Source: an uncultured delta proteobacterium
Lineage (GTDB): Bacteria > Desulfobacterota > RBG-13-43-22
Reading direction: 5' to 3'
DNA: 64,000 nt
Assembly: GCA_963802945.1 (NCBI GenBank)
Contig: CAWDKY010000015.1
Location: forward strand, 224,001-288,000
Below the pieces are notes generated by a model that saw only the letters and a program-made list of their open reading frames with translations, was not told the origin of the DNA and did not search any database. The position numbers and the translations under genes are program-made. Shown here piece after piece: positions 50,761-60,513 of this stretch. Position 1 is the first letter of the stretch; each line of letters starts with the position of its first letter.

Positions 50761-52069
50761 AGGCCTGTTGCTTTCCCTTTTCCATCAAGGCCTGAATCGG
50801 TTTTAATAGATAAGGGGTCCCCTCTTCAATGGCGGTCAGAACCGTTCCCCCACCGGTAAAAAAATAATATTGGAGGTTGTCAATAGCCTTCAGGTAAAGG
50901 CCGGGGTTCTGGTCCTTAAATTCCTGGAGGGTATCTCCTCCGCCAAACATTTTATAAGCGGCCTGGTTCATATCAATAGTCAGATCCAGGGCCTTGGTCC
51001 CTTCAGTAAAATAGGGGGAATACCCCATAACGGCATTGACAAAGATCGTTCTGGCCTGGTCAATGACCTCCTTGATCTGAGGGTCTTCAAAGGATTGAGG
51101 GGCAACATCTAAAAGGAAACCATAACGGTTCCCAGTCTTGAAATCCTTGATGCCGATGGTTCGAAATTTTCCTTCAAAGGGTTCATTCATGGTTTCTGAT
51201 TCAACCACACTGGGAAGTTCAACGATCTTTCTGGATTGCTGATCTCTGGCCACTAATTCTTTGGCTGCCAACACGTCACTTTCTGAAACGCCGGCGATTT
51301 CAATCCCCAATTTGGCGGCCAAGTATGCATTATACATGACCCCACCCAAAATCAGATGATCCACCTTTTCATAAATTTTATTCAGAGGACCGATCTTGGT
51401 GTCATATTTGGATCCGGCCACTATGGCCAGAAAAGGACGTTCTGGGTTTAAAACGCGGTCCAGATTGGCAAGTTCTTTTTGCATCAAGAAACCGGCATAG
51501 GAGGGCAAATATTTGGTAATGTCATAGGTGGAGGCATGGGGTTGCCAGGAACCAAAGGCATCGTTAACAAAGACGTCGGCCAAACCGGCCAGTTGTCTGG
51601 CAAAGACCTCCCGATCCGGTCCCTGGCTTTCCTCTCCTTGAAACCAGCGGGTATTGGGGAGATATATCCCTCCTATTTTACGCTGCCGTAGGTCGTTGAC
51701 GACCGTGTTGATTGAATCGTCGATTTGAGTGATCCCTTTGGAACCATCGGCAGGAAAATTAGGGACAAAAAAGTTAGTGTGAAGTTTCTGCTCTAGATAG
51801 CTGACAATGGGTTCCACTCCGCTTTTCGGATCGCAGTTAATGGCCCCCGTCTTTTTGTCTCGAGGACGGCCAACATGGGTCATTAGAATCGGGCGCCCTC
51901 CGCGTTCAACGATATTATAAAGGGTGCCGAAGGTCTGTTCAATTCGATAAGGGTCCTGAATGGCCCCCTTTTTAACCACATTATGGTCCACCCGGACCAG
52001 GACGATTTTGTCTTCCAGATCGGCTTCCTGGATGACCGGGAGGCCGGAGGCCAGGTTTTGCGTAGTCAT
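50759..52069 (-). CDS. pgk: Phosphoglycerate kinase (divergent)
   Basis: RVDHNV, THVGRP, FVNDAFG, GGGDT and TGGG motifs. Confidence 0.85.
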   Translation of the reverse strand: MTTQNLASGLPVIQEADLEDKIVLVRVDHNVVKKGAIQDPYRIEQTFGTLYNIVERGGRPILMTHVGRPRDKKTGAINCDPKSGVEPIVSYLEQKLHTNFFVPNFPADGSKGITQIDDSINTVVNDLRQRKIGGIYLPNTRWFQGEESQGPDREVFARQLAGLADVFVNDAFGSWQPHASTYDITKYLPSYAGFLMQKELANLDRVLNPERPFLAIVAGSKYDTKIGPLNKIYEKVDHLILGGVMYNAYLAAKLGIEIAGVSESDVLAAKELVARDQQSRKIVELPSVVESETMNEPFEGKFRTIGIKDFKTGNRYGFLLDVAPQSFEDPQIKEVIDQARTIFVNAVMGYSPYFTEGTKALDLTIDMNQAAYKMFGGGDTLQEFKDQNPGLYLKAIDNLQYYFFTGGGTVLTAIEEGTPYLLKPIQALMEKGKQQA

Positions 52070-52104
52070 ATTTTTCCTCCTTTGTTCCTTGTTCTCATCC
52101 CTCG

Positions 52105-52207
52105 TCTGCCCGGCGAACTTCTATATACGCCTCTACCCTCGGAATTTTGTACGCCTGGCATCTGAGGGTTTTTGGGCCTCTTGTAAAATGCAAATTTTAT
52201 TCAACCC
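52105..52207. mobile_element. Partial MITE family A copy
   Basis: TATACGCCTCTACCCTCGGAATTTTGTACGCCTGGCATCTG resembles the family core. Confidence 0.5.
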
Positions 52208-52224
52208 ATTGTTTATGATTCTTT

Positions 52225-53288
52225 TCACATCCTCATGGCCCGGGTCAGCAAATTCATCTCATTGGGGTAGTTGAGGGCATCCCAGGGGAAAATTTCCCCT
52301 TCTTGCCATCGCTGCCAACGCCTAAGGTCCTCTTCAACCATAATCCGGACCAATTCTTTAAACCGCACCTCCGGGCTTCCATCCTAATTTTTTCCGGGCT
52401 TTGGTATAATCTCCATGCAAAAGACTCACATCAATAGGTCGGAAAAAGCGTTTATCTTTTTTGACATATTTTTTCCAGTTAAGGCCGACCACGTCAAAGG
52501 CCTGCTGAACAAATTCTTCCACCGAATGACATTCATTGAGTGGCCACTACATAATCGTCGGGTTTTGAATGTTGGAGCATCAACCACATGGATTTTACAT
52601 AATCCCGGGCATACCCCCAATCCCTTTTGGCCGACAGGTTACCCAGATGCAGTTCTTTTTCCAGACCCATGGCAATCTTGGCAACAGCATTGGTGATCTT
52701 CCGGGTAACAAACTCCAAACCCCGCAGAGGGGATTCATGATTGAAAAGGATGCCGTTGACGGCAAAAATACCATACCCTTCCCGATAAATCTTGGTTATC
52801 CAATAACCGTATATTTTGGCAGCGGCATAAGGGCTGGCCGGACAAAAAGGTGAAGTTTCATTGAGAAGCATTTGACCGTGATTACCGTATAATTCACTGG
52901 TTGAGGCTTGATAGAATTTGATTTTGGGATTGACCTGACGGATCACCTCCAGGATACGGGGCACGGCCAAACCTGAAACATTGGCCGTACCGATGGGTTC
53001 TTCAAAAGAGGCCCCCACAAAACTCTGGGCCGCCAGGTTATAAATCTCATCGGGCTTTGAGCTGATGATTGCTTCGGTAATGGAGGCGGTATCAATCAAT
53101 TCCACAGGGATCAGACTTATTTTATCAAAAATATTGAGATACTGAATTCTCCAAAAATTGGGAGTGGAAAGCCTTCGAAAAGTTCCAAATACCTGGTACC
53201 CTTTTTCCAAAAGAAATTGGGCCAGATAGGCCCCGTCCTGCCCGGTCACTCCGGTGATTAAGGCTCGTTTTTTTACAGTTTTAGCCAT
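52225..53288 (-). CDS. gmd: GDP-mannose 4,6-dehydratase, two +1 frameshifts near the 3' end
   Basis: [26 protein letters not shown] and FNHESPLRG motifs; remainder (..FRP.DV..LGWKP..) recoverable after shifts at ~52538 and ~52373. Confidence 0.88.
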
Positions 53289-53373
53289 AACGAATACCTC
53301 TCTTTGTTGAAATAATTTTCCCTATCCGGCAGCTTTTTTGAATCCTTGGCCCCCTACTTTCATCCTAATATTT

Positions 53374-54087
53374 TCAGCTTCCAAATCGCAGGGCCAGCGT
53401 GGACTTAGCGTAACTCACCAAATATTTAACAAAGTCGGTCTTACTTTCTCCGCCCATGCGGAACTCATAGATTACCGGAACTTCCCGGATGACAAAGCCT
53501 GCCTTAAGGGCATAATGGATCAAGCGAATGCAATAATCGCCGTACCCATAAAAAATGGCCTTGTTTTTTACCTGATCCACTACCTTTCTTTTAAGGACTA
53601 AAAAGCCGCTCAGGTTGTCTTTTATCGGGGACCCCAAAACCAGACGAATAAAAATATTAAAGACCCAACTTCCCAGATAACGCAAGCAGGAGGTCTTCAT
53701 CCCCCCGCCGGAAATGTAACGGGACCCAATGACCATATCCGCTTCAGGAATTTGTTCCAGAAGCCTGGGTAGGTCCTTGGGGTGGTGGTTAAAATCCGTA
53801 TCCATAACGGCGATAATATCGGCTTGTGACTGCTCGATCCCTTTGGCTATGGCCGTGGCCAAACCCCGTTCTTCTTTTCTAAGAATTAGAAAGACCTCCG
53901 GTTGAGAAGAAAACCTTTTCCGTACTAGATCCGCCGTTCCATCCGGGCTGTTATCATCAACTACAATAATCTGTGATTTGACCGGCAAAGGGGCCAAAAC
54001 ATCCAAAATCGTCTGGATTAAATCTCCGATGTTTTCTTTTTCATTATAGGTCGGCAAAATAACTGAGAGTTTGATGGGTCGGTTCCT
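53374..54087 (-). CDS. GT2 polyprenol-phosphate glycosyltransferase (DPM1-like)
   Basis: LSVILPTYNE, VDDNSPDGT, MDTDFNH and GSRY motifs; the expected start position reads AGG. Confidence 0.85.
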   Translation of the reverse strand, partial: RNRPIKLSVILPTYNEKENIGDLIQTILDVLAPLPVKSQIIVVDDNSPDGTADLVRKRFSSQPEVFLILRKEERGLATAIAKGIEQSQADIIAVMDTDFNHHPKDLPRLLEQIPEADMVIGSRYISGGGMKTSCLRYLGSWVFNIFIRLVLGSPIKDNLSGFLVLKRKVVDQVKNKAIFYGYGDYCIRLIHYALKAGFVIREVPVIYEFRMGGESKTDFVKYLVSYAKSTLALRFGS

Positions 54088-55182
54088 TTATTTATCTAAA
54101 AATATTTGGATCATCTCCGCGATATGGTCTTGTTCGGAGCGAGTCAGATTAAATCCCGATGGAAGGGAAATTCCACCTTTTGAAATTCGAGAGGCAACCG
54201 GGAAAGTCCCGTAATCCTGGTAGGGAGGCATGTCGGGTATCGGATAAAAAACAGGACGGCTTTCTACCTGGGCTTGAGCGAGAAAGTCTATCAGATCATC
54301 TCGATTCTTCTGTGTTTCAGGTTTTATTAATAGGCTATAGAGCCAAAAAATGGACTTGGCCCAGACCTCTTCAGATGGCAGGATCAGACCGGCATTTTTC
54401 TTAAGACCTTGAGTGTAATGGTTGGCTATTTCTCTTTTTCGTTCAATCAACCGATCCAGTTTAGTCATTTGCCCCATGCCGATTGCGGCCTGGATGTTGG
54501 TCATTCTGAAATTATAGCCCACTACCGGATGCCAATATTTCTTCTCTTTGGACATCCCATGATCGCGGAGCATACGGGCCTTTTCCACCCACTCGGAATT
54601 GTCGGTGGTGATCATCCCTCCTTCACCGGTGGAAATGATCTTGTTTCCATAAAAGCTGAAGCACCCCATATGCCCTAACGATCCCACTTTCTCCCCTTGA
54701 TATTCTGCGCCGTGGGCCTCGGCTGCATCCTCTATGACCCAAAGACGGTATTCCTCAGCCAATTTCATAATTGGCCCCATATCGGCTGGGTGTCCATAGA
54801 GATGGACCGGTATAATGGCCTTGGTATGCTCGGTGATCAAGGGCCTGATCAGAGAAGGATTTATGGTCCAGGTTTTTTCATCCACATCAGCGAAGACGGG
54901 CTTGGCCCCGACATAAACCACCACATTGGCGCTGGCAACAAAGCTTAAAGCCGGAACGATCACCTCATCGCCTGGACCGATCCCCAAGGTGAGTAAAGCC
55001 AAATGCAATGCTGTGGTTCCGTTTGAAGTGGCCACCCCGAATCGGGAGCCGCAAAAGCCGGAAAAGGCCTTTTCAAATTCGGCAATATATTTCCCCTGGG
55101 AGGAGATCCAGCCGGTTTTTAAACAATCCATGACTAAGTCGATCTCTTGCTGATCAAGCCAGGGCTCCATAATGGGAATCAT
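54088..55182 (-). CDS. DegT/DnrJ aminotransferase, perosamine synthase-like
   Basis: WISSQG, NGTTALH, EDAAEAHG, SFYGNKIISTGEGG and GYNFRMTN motifs; co-operonic with gmd. Confidence 0.88.
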   Translation of the reverse strand: MIPIMEPWLDQQEIDLVMDCLKTGWISSQGKYIAEFEKAFSGFCGSRFGVATSNGTTALHLALLTLGIGPGDEVIVPALSFVASANVVVYVGAKPVFADVDEKTWTINPSLIRPLITEHTKAIIPVHLYGHPADMGPIMKLAEEYRLWVIEDAAEAHGAEYQGEKVGSLGHMGCFSFYGNKIISTGEGGMITTDNSEWVEKARMLRDHGMSKEKKYWHPVVGYNFRMTNIQAAIGMGQMTKLDRLIERKREIANHYTQGLKKNAGLILPSEEVWAKSIFWLYSLLIKPETQKNRDDLIDFLAQAQVESRPVFYPIPDMPPYQDYGTFPVASRISKGGISLPSGFNLTRSEQDHIAEMIQIFLDK

Positions 55183-55372
55183 AATAATCCTTTACTGAAC
55201 AGAAGCCATCGATAGCCTCAAAAAATAATATAGCTTAGTCTAACCAAAATGGGGGATAAAGTCAAAACGTTTCCTAGAAAGTCCCTTGAAGAAGGCATAA
55301 AAACTGCTATAGTCTGGCATTACGAAGAAATCACTTTTCTTCACTCACAATGACTTTCTTGGAGACATTTTA

Positions 55373-56467
55373 CTAATGGATCATCTCTTGAAAAACCAAA
55401 TCATGGATGAAGGGCCTGAAGGATTTGATTTTTTCATTGGCCCGGGTGGGATGAATACGGTTAGCCAAAAGAATAACCAGAAAATCTCTTTCCAGATCCA
55501 GCCAAAAGGAAGTTCCTGTAAACCCAAGGTGACCTACACTTTTTTGAGAAAAATATCGGCCGGCACTGGAATCCGTCTCCGTTGGGGTATCAAAGCCGAG
55601 GGCCCTGGTTGTCCCTCTGGGCTCTTCCTGCCTTTGCCAAAAGATACGAACCCAATCCCCGTTAAAAAAATTCGGATTCTTGGGCTGGTCATAGGCCCTT
55701 TTTAAGGCTCTAATGAGTTGAAAAACTTCAAGGGCTGTTCCAAATAGACCAGCCTGTCCGGAAATCCCCCCCACTACATAGGTATTATCGTCATGGACTT
55801 CTCCCCGCAGGACTTTTTTACGCCACGGGCAGTCTTCGGTGGCGGCATAGGCCTCCGGATCAGGAACCCCGGACTGGGTTAATGGCCTGAATCCCAAATG
55901 GATTAGGCCCAGGGGAGTATAGACATTTTTTCGAATCCAGGCGTCCAATCCTTCTACGGCGGTCTCTTCAAAAATCCATTCCAGAAGAATAAAGCCAAGG
56001 TCGCTATAGAGGGTTTGGCTGCCAGATGGATATAATAAAGGTTCTTTTATAACCCAATTCCGAAGTATTGCTTTTTTGTCCCCCGATTGACGGATTAGAT
56101 CCAAATAATAGGGTTGATAAGCCGGGAATCCGGCCGAATGGGCCAAAAGGCGCCTAAGGGTGATCCCTTGTTTTTCGGGAGACTTGGTGCTGTCCCACCA
56201 AAATCCCAAGGGTTGATCCAATGATAACCGGCCTCTTTCGACCAGAGACATAATCCCCAAGGAAGTGGCCAAGGGTTTGGTCAAAGAGGCCAGGTCAAAA
56301 ATGGTTTCTGTGTTAAGGAGTTGCTTCTCTGGAATCACCGATGCATAACCATAAGCCTGATGAAGAAGTATTTCCTCTGCCCGGGCCGCCAATAAAACCG
56401 CCCCGGGGAATACTCCTTCCTTGACTGCGGAGTACATGACTTGGTGGATTTTTAAAAAAGATGACAT
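55373..56467 (-). CDS. Serine hydrolase (beta-lactamase family)
   Basis: FDLASLTK (SxxK), YSD, GEVHDDN and GHLGFTGTS motifs. Confidence 0.88.
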   Translation of the reverse strand: MSSFLKIHQVMYSAVKEGVFPGAVLLAARAEEILLHQAYGYASVIPEKQLLNTETIFDLASLTKPLATSLGIMSLVERGRLSLDQPLGFWWDSTKSPEKQGITLRRLLAHSAGFPAYQPYYLDLIRQSGDKKAILRNWVIKEPLLYPSGSQTLYSDLGFILLEWIFEETAVEGLDAWIRKNVYTPLGLIHLGFRPLTQSGVPDPEAYAATEDCPWRKKVLRGEVHDDNTYVVGGISGQAGLFGTALEVFQLIRALKRAYDQPKNPNFFNGDWVRIFWQRQEEPRGTTRALGFDTPTETDSSAGRYFSQKSVGHLGFTGTSFWLDLERDFLVILLANRIHPTRANEKIKSFRPFIHDLVFQEMIH

Positions 56468-56564
56468 AACAGGACAAATAAAATCCGTTTTGCTGGCGAA
56501 AGTTCAAAGCTGAAAGCTGAAAGGGAAAGCTATTATTTTTGAACCTTGAGCTTTTAGGTTTCAG

Positions 56565-57473
56565 CTAAAAATGAATTGACAACAAACCTTTTTCGGCATC
56601 TAAGGCGGCAGGGGCTCCAATCGGAAAAGGGAAATTCCAGGAACCGTGGCCGATAGGTAATCCGGTCCAGACCGGAATATTCAGATCTCTTAAAATATCT
56701 TTGACCGCATCCTTGGGCAGTTCTTTTTGATTAGGCCCGGTAAACTTTCCCAGGAGGATGGCGGAAACCTTTCCCAAACAACCTCTTAATCTCAGATGGG
56801 TTAGAAGGCGATCCAGCCGGTAAGATTCTTCCCCGCAATCCTCAAGAAACAGGATGGCATCATCCCAGACAGGCTCGTAAGGGGTACCTATCAAGTGAAC
56901 CAGCAAGCTCAGGTTCCCGCCCATAAGTATACCCTTGGCGCTTCCCGGTAAAACAGCCCGATTTATGCTCAGGGGAAGTTGAATTTGGTAATGCCCCATC
57001 AACATTGCCTGTACTCTAACAAGGGTGGAATGATTTACTTTAGATAAGGTAGTCATCATAGGGCCGTGAAAAGTCATTAGATCGGCTTTTTTCCAAAAGG
57101 CCACCAGTAAGACGGTGACATCACTAAAGCCCATAAAGAGTTTTGGATGGGCTTTGATAATATTAAAATCCAGATAATCCAATATTCGCAGGGTCCCATA
57201 GCCGCCGCGAGAGCACAGAATGGCTTTTACTTCTGGATCGACAAAGAGTCGCATCAATTCTCCGGCCCGTTCCCGGTCGGTTCCGGCCAGATATCCTTTT
57301 CGGATGATCCTTTTCCTGCCCAAGGCCACCTGAAATCCCCATTGTTTTAAAAGATGAATCCCTTCCTCAAGGGCCTTGGCCTGATAAGGGCTGGCCGGAG
57401 TAGCAATTCCAATGGTATCTCCGGATTTAAGAAAAGGGGGGACGGTTAGCTTCTTTTTTTTTAGAGCTGACAT
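56565..57473 (-). CDS. ldcA: LD-carboxypeptidase (peptidase S66)
   Basis: RGGYG, GFSDVT, GGNLS, FLED and GHG motifs. Confidence 0.88.
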   Translation of the reverse strand: MSALKKKKLTVPPFLKSGDTIGIATPASPYQAKALEEGIHLLKQWGFQVALGRKRIIRKGYLAGTDRERAGELMRLFVDPEVKAILCSRGGYGTLRILDYLDFNIIKAHPKLFMGFSDVTVLLVAFWKKADLMTFHGPMMTTLSKVNHSTLVRVQAMLMGHYQIQLPLSINRAVLPGSAKGILMGGNLSLLVHLIGTPYEPVWDDAILFLEDCGEESYRLDRLLTHLRLRGCLGKVSAILLGKFTGPNQKELPKDAVKDILRDLNIPVWTGLPIGHGSWNFPFPIGAPAALDAEKGLLSIHF

Positions 57474-57487
57474 TTTACTGTTACTCT

Positions 57488-57970
57488 CTATAATTTGTAA
57501 CCGAATTTACGAAGGATATCCTTTCTCCAAAGCTGGCCTTCTTCCCCTTCCACACCCTGGGGAGAAAAGCCGTCTACAACACCCAGAACCCCTCGGCCTT
57601 GATCGGTTTGAGCCAGGACAACCTCTGTCGGATTGGCTGTGGCGCAATAGATGGAACAGACTTCCGGACAGTTTTTGACGGCATTCAAGACATTGATGGG
57701 AAAGGCCTGGCGAAGAAGGATATTGAAGGTATGGCCGGCCGCGATATTTCTGGCGTTGTTGACGGCCGCTGTCTCTAATTCCGGATCGTTGCCTATAGTT
57801 CGAACCAGGCAATCACCCGAGGCCTCACAAAAAGCCAATCCGAACTTGATCCCCGGCACGGATCCGATGAGGATTTCATAGAGGTCTTCCACGGTTTTAA
57901 TAAAATGGGTCTGCCCAAAAATAATATTGGCCCCTTCCGGGATTTCCAGCTTTTGAACAATCAATTCCAT
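57488..57970 (-). CDS. DUF355 / adenosine-specific kinase family protein
   Basis: GQTHFIKTVEDL, AFCEASG, CATANP and GRGVLGVVDG motifs. Confidence 0.85.
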   Translation of the reverse strand: MELIVQKLEIPEGANIIFGQTHFIKTVEDLYEILIGSVPGIKFGLAFCEASGDCLVRTIGNDPELETAAVNNARNIAAGHTFNILLRQAFPINVLNAVKNCPEVCSIYCATANPTEVVLAQTDQGRGVLGVVDGFSPQGVEGEEGQLWRKDILRKFGYKL

Positions 57971-58050
57971 GGTCTCCCTCCTATTAGTCGCTCATAGTCT
58001 ATAGATCATAGAAAATGTCTTGCCTTGTCTCTTATCACCCTTCACCCCCA

Positions 58051-58409
58051 TTACGGCATCTCCAAGACTTCCTGACCTTTTTTGACAATTCAATAACCGG
58101 GTAAGGCTTTTGAATAAAGGCTTTACAACCTTTATCGATAAGTTGTGCAGCCTGCCCATCGATGATGTACCCGCTGGACAGGAGAACCTTCAGCTTGGAT
58201 TCAATTTCCTTAAGCTGCTCGTAGGTCTGACTTCCTTATAAGTCAGGATGGATCTTGTCCCGGATAAGCAAAGAGATTTCCTAATGTTTTTTCCGGAACA
58301 GGGAAATCGCCGCTTGACCGCTACTGGCCGGCAATACGATATACCCCAAGTTCTCCAGGATTTCCCTGGTTACTGTCAGGACCTCATCATCATCATCTAC
58401 TAAACTTAT
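58051..58409 (-). pseudogene. Decayed response-regulator receiver domain
   Basis: LVDDDDEVL..LENLGY..ASSGQAA, KVLLSSGY and FIQKPY; in-frame TAG at 58281-83 plus frameshifts; no start. Confidence 0.7.
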
Positions 58410-58446
58410 GTTCTCAATCAGCTCCTTTTATTCCACTATTGCAAGG

Positions 58447-59049
58447 CTATTTTTCTTTGAACTCGATATTAGCCAGATATCGGGTGATGGCTCCATCATA
58501 ATGATGGGTCAGGGCATAGACCTTCTTGGCCAGATAAAACCGGGTCGCCTTGGAAGTATTCCCGCTGGATTTTATTTCCAAAAGGACCTGGGGATAATCA
58601 GCCGGATCGGTTAGAACCGTCACATCCTGAAAGTTTTTAGCAGCCGCCCGAAGCAAGGCCGGGCCGCCGATATCAATATTTTCTATGGCCTCTTCCAGGG
58701 TGCATCCGGGTTTGGCCACGGTTTTTTCGAAGGCATAGAGGTTGACGATCAACAGATCAATCGGTTCGATGCCCAGAGCGTTCATCTGTTCCTGGTGTTT
58801 GGGGTCGTTCCTGCGGCCTAAAAGTCCACCATGAATTTTGGGCTGAAGGGTTTTGACCCGGCCGTCCAAAATTTCCGGAAAACCCGTATAGGCTGAAACT
58901 TCGGTCACCGGTATGGCCGCTGCTTTTAAGGCCTTGGCTGTTCCGCCGGTGGATAAGATTTCAAAGCCGAGGTTTACTAACTCCTGGGCCAAGGGAACGA
59001 TTCCAGTCTTGTCCGTAACGCTGATCAAGGCACGTTTTTTTTTTGCCAT
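58447..59049 (-). CDS. purH: IMP cyclohydrolase domain of PurH only (200 aa)
   Basis: [22 protein letters not shown] and IDIGGP..RAAAKN motifs; no transformylase domain. Confidence 0.85.
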   Translation of the reverse strand: MAKKKRALISVTDKTGIVPLAQELVNLGFEILSTGGTAKALKAAAIPVTEVSAYTGFPEILDGRVKTLQPKIHGGLLGRRNDPKHQEQMNALGIEPIDLLIVNLYAFEKTVAKPGCTLEEAIENIDIGGPALLRAAAKNFQDVTVLTDPADYPQVLLEIKSSGNTSKATRFYLAKKVYALTHHYDGAITRYLANIEFKEK

Positions 59050-59256
59050 ATTAAATCCCTCTTTCTTAAATTGAAGTGGAAGTGAAATACGTTTGGACTT
59101 CAGATTGGTGAATTTTTACACTAAATTCCAAACTCAAATCGTATTCAATCCTCATGTCTGCCTGGTTCGAGCACCACGAAACATGTAAATGATTTTAAAG
59201 GTTCAATCCCGCCAGAGGCGGGACAAGATCCTCGAACCCTATGTTCGTTTAAAATA

Positions 59257-59601
59257 TTAACTCTCCAAGGCCTGAGAGACTTCATTCAATAACGTATTGA
59301 AGGTTTCTAAGGCTTCCGACAACTCGACTTCCAGTTTTTGAATCCGCTCTTTGGAGTCGGTTAACTCAGACTGCATCCGGTCCATTTCTTGGGAGAGGGC
59401 CTCTTTTTCCTGATTGGCCTGCTCTAAATTTTCCCTCAAGTATTGAATCTTATCGATGACCTCTTTTTTCCATCGAACGACGGTTTCTTTTACCGGCGGG
59501 TTTTTCAACACAACTCCCACCTTAGAATCCTCCACAATGTCGGGCTGTTCTTTGGGGGTGGGGAACTTTATCGGGGCGTTAGTCTCATAAATATCATCCA
59601 T
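59257..59601 (-). CDS. Small coiled-coil protein
   Basis: RBS AAGGAG; Pro-rich N-terminus and long heptad C-terminus. Confidence 0.75.
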   Translation of the reverse strand: MDDIYETNAPIKFPTPKEQPDIVEDSKVGVVLKNPPVKETVVRWKKEVIDKIQYLRENLEQANQEKEALSQEMDRMQSELTDSKERIQKLEVELSEALETFNTLLNEVSQALES

Positions 59602-59616
59602 GAACGGTCTCCTTGA

Positions 59617-60405
59617 TTATTTACGCTTTAGGGTTTTAGACTGTAATAAGATACTTTCTAAAAATTGGACCACTTTCCTCAGGTCACGGGCCGCTGTCGA
59701 TTGGGGTGCAAGGGTCGTTACGGGCATCTGAAGTTTGATGGCCTGAGAAAATTTCTGGTCTTCTCGCACCATAACCGGCATCAAAAATTTATGATAATAC
59801 TTTTCTAAAGCAGCCCGGTTCTCCCGATCTAATGGGCGGTGGTTATTCAGCTTATTCATCAAGATCCAAATCATTTTTAAATTATACCGAAAATCTTTGC
59901 AGGTTTTTTCTAAAAAAGCAAAAAGGTTTTTCAGACTTAGGTATGAAAAGACATCAGGTAATACCGGTATAATAAGAGTCTGTGCAGCAAATAAGGCATT
60001 GTAGGTAATTAAATTCAAACTGGCCCCGACATCCATAATAACCAAATCATAAGGAAAGGGAACCATGGCCGATAAGGCGTCTTTTAATTTCCATTCCCTC
60101 CAGGGTTTGGACATCAAGGCATTATTTAAATATAGATGGTCCTCCGTGGCCGGAATCAAAGAAAGCCTTGGATGGGAGGTGGGGACTATCGACCCTGCCA
60201 GGGGGCGCTCATGGATCAAGGAATAATACAATGAAGTTTGATTTTTAGCGGGTTTGCCTTGGAGCGATTGGGTCAAATGACCTTGAGGATCCAGGTCGAT
60301 CATCAATACAAAATGCCCTTCTTCGGCCAGAAGCCAACCCAAAGAACTGCTTAGGGTTGTTTTCCCGGTTCCTCCTTTTAAACTAAAAAAGGTGATCGGA
60401 TTCAT
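59617..60405 (-). CDS. ParA/Soj-family ATPase
   Basis: Deviant Walker A KGGTGKTT, IDLDPQG and YDLVIMD motifs. Confidence 0.88.
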   Translation of the reverse strand: MNPITFFSLKGGTGKTTLSSSLGWLLAEEGHFVLMIDLDPQGHLTQSLQGKPAKNQTSLYYSLIHERPLAGSIVPTSHPRLSLIPATEDHLYLNNALMSKPWREWKLKDALSAMVPFPYDLVIMDVGASLNLITYNALFAAQTLIIPVLPDVFSYLSLKNLFAFLEKTCKDFRYNLKMIWILMNKLNNHRPLDRENRAALEKYYHKFLMPVMVREDQKFSQAIKLQMPVTTLAPQSTAARDLRKVVQFLESILLQSKTLKRK

Positions 60406-60513
60406 GGAGTTCCTATCCCCTTGGCCTGCTTTAAAGCCGCTCCGCGAACGGATTCCCTGGCCACCGCGGTTGCCTTCAAGGAGTTTCTTTTTAATCTATC
60501 GACCGCTGGAAGA

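Noticed and set aside
52533-52535. TGA in gmd (and at 35609 in the radical SAM gene) as Sec or readthrough
   Set aside because: Homology continues in a different frame, so these are frameshifts
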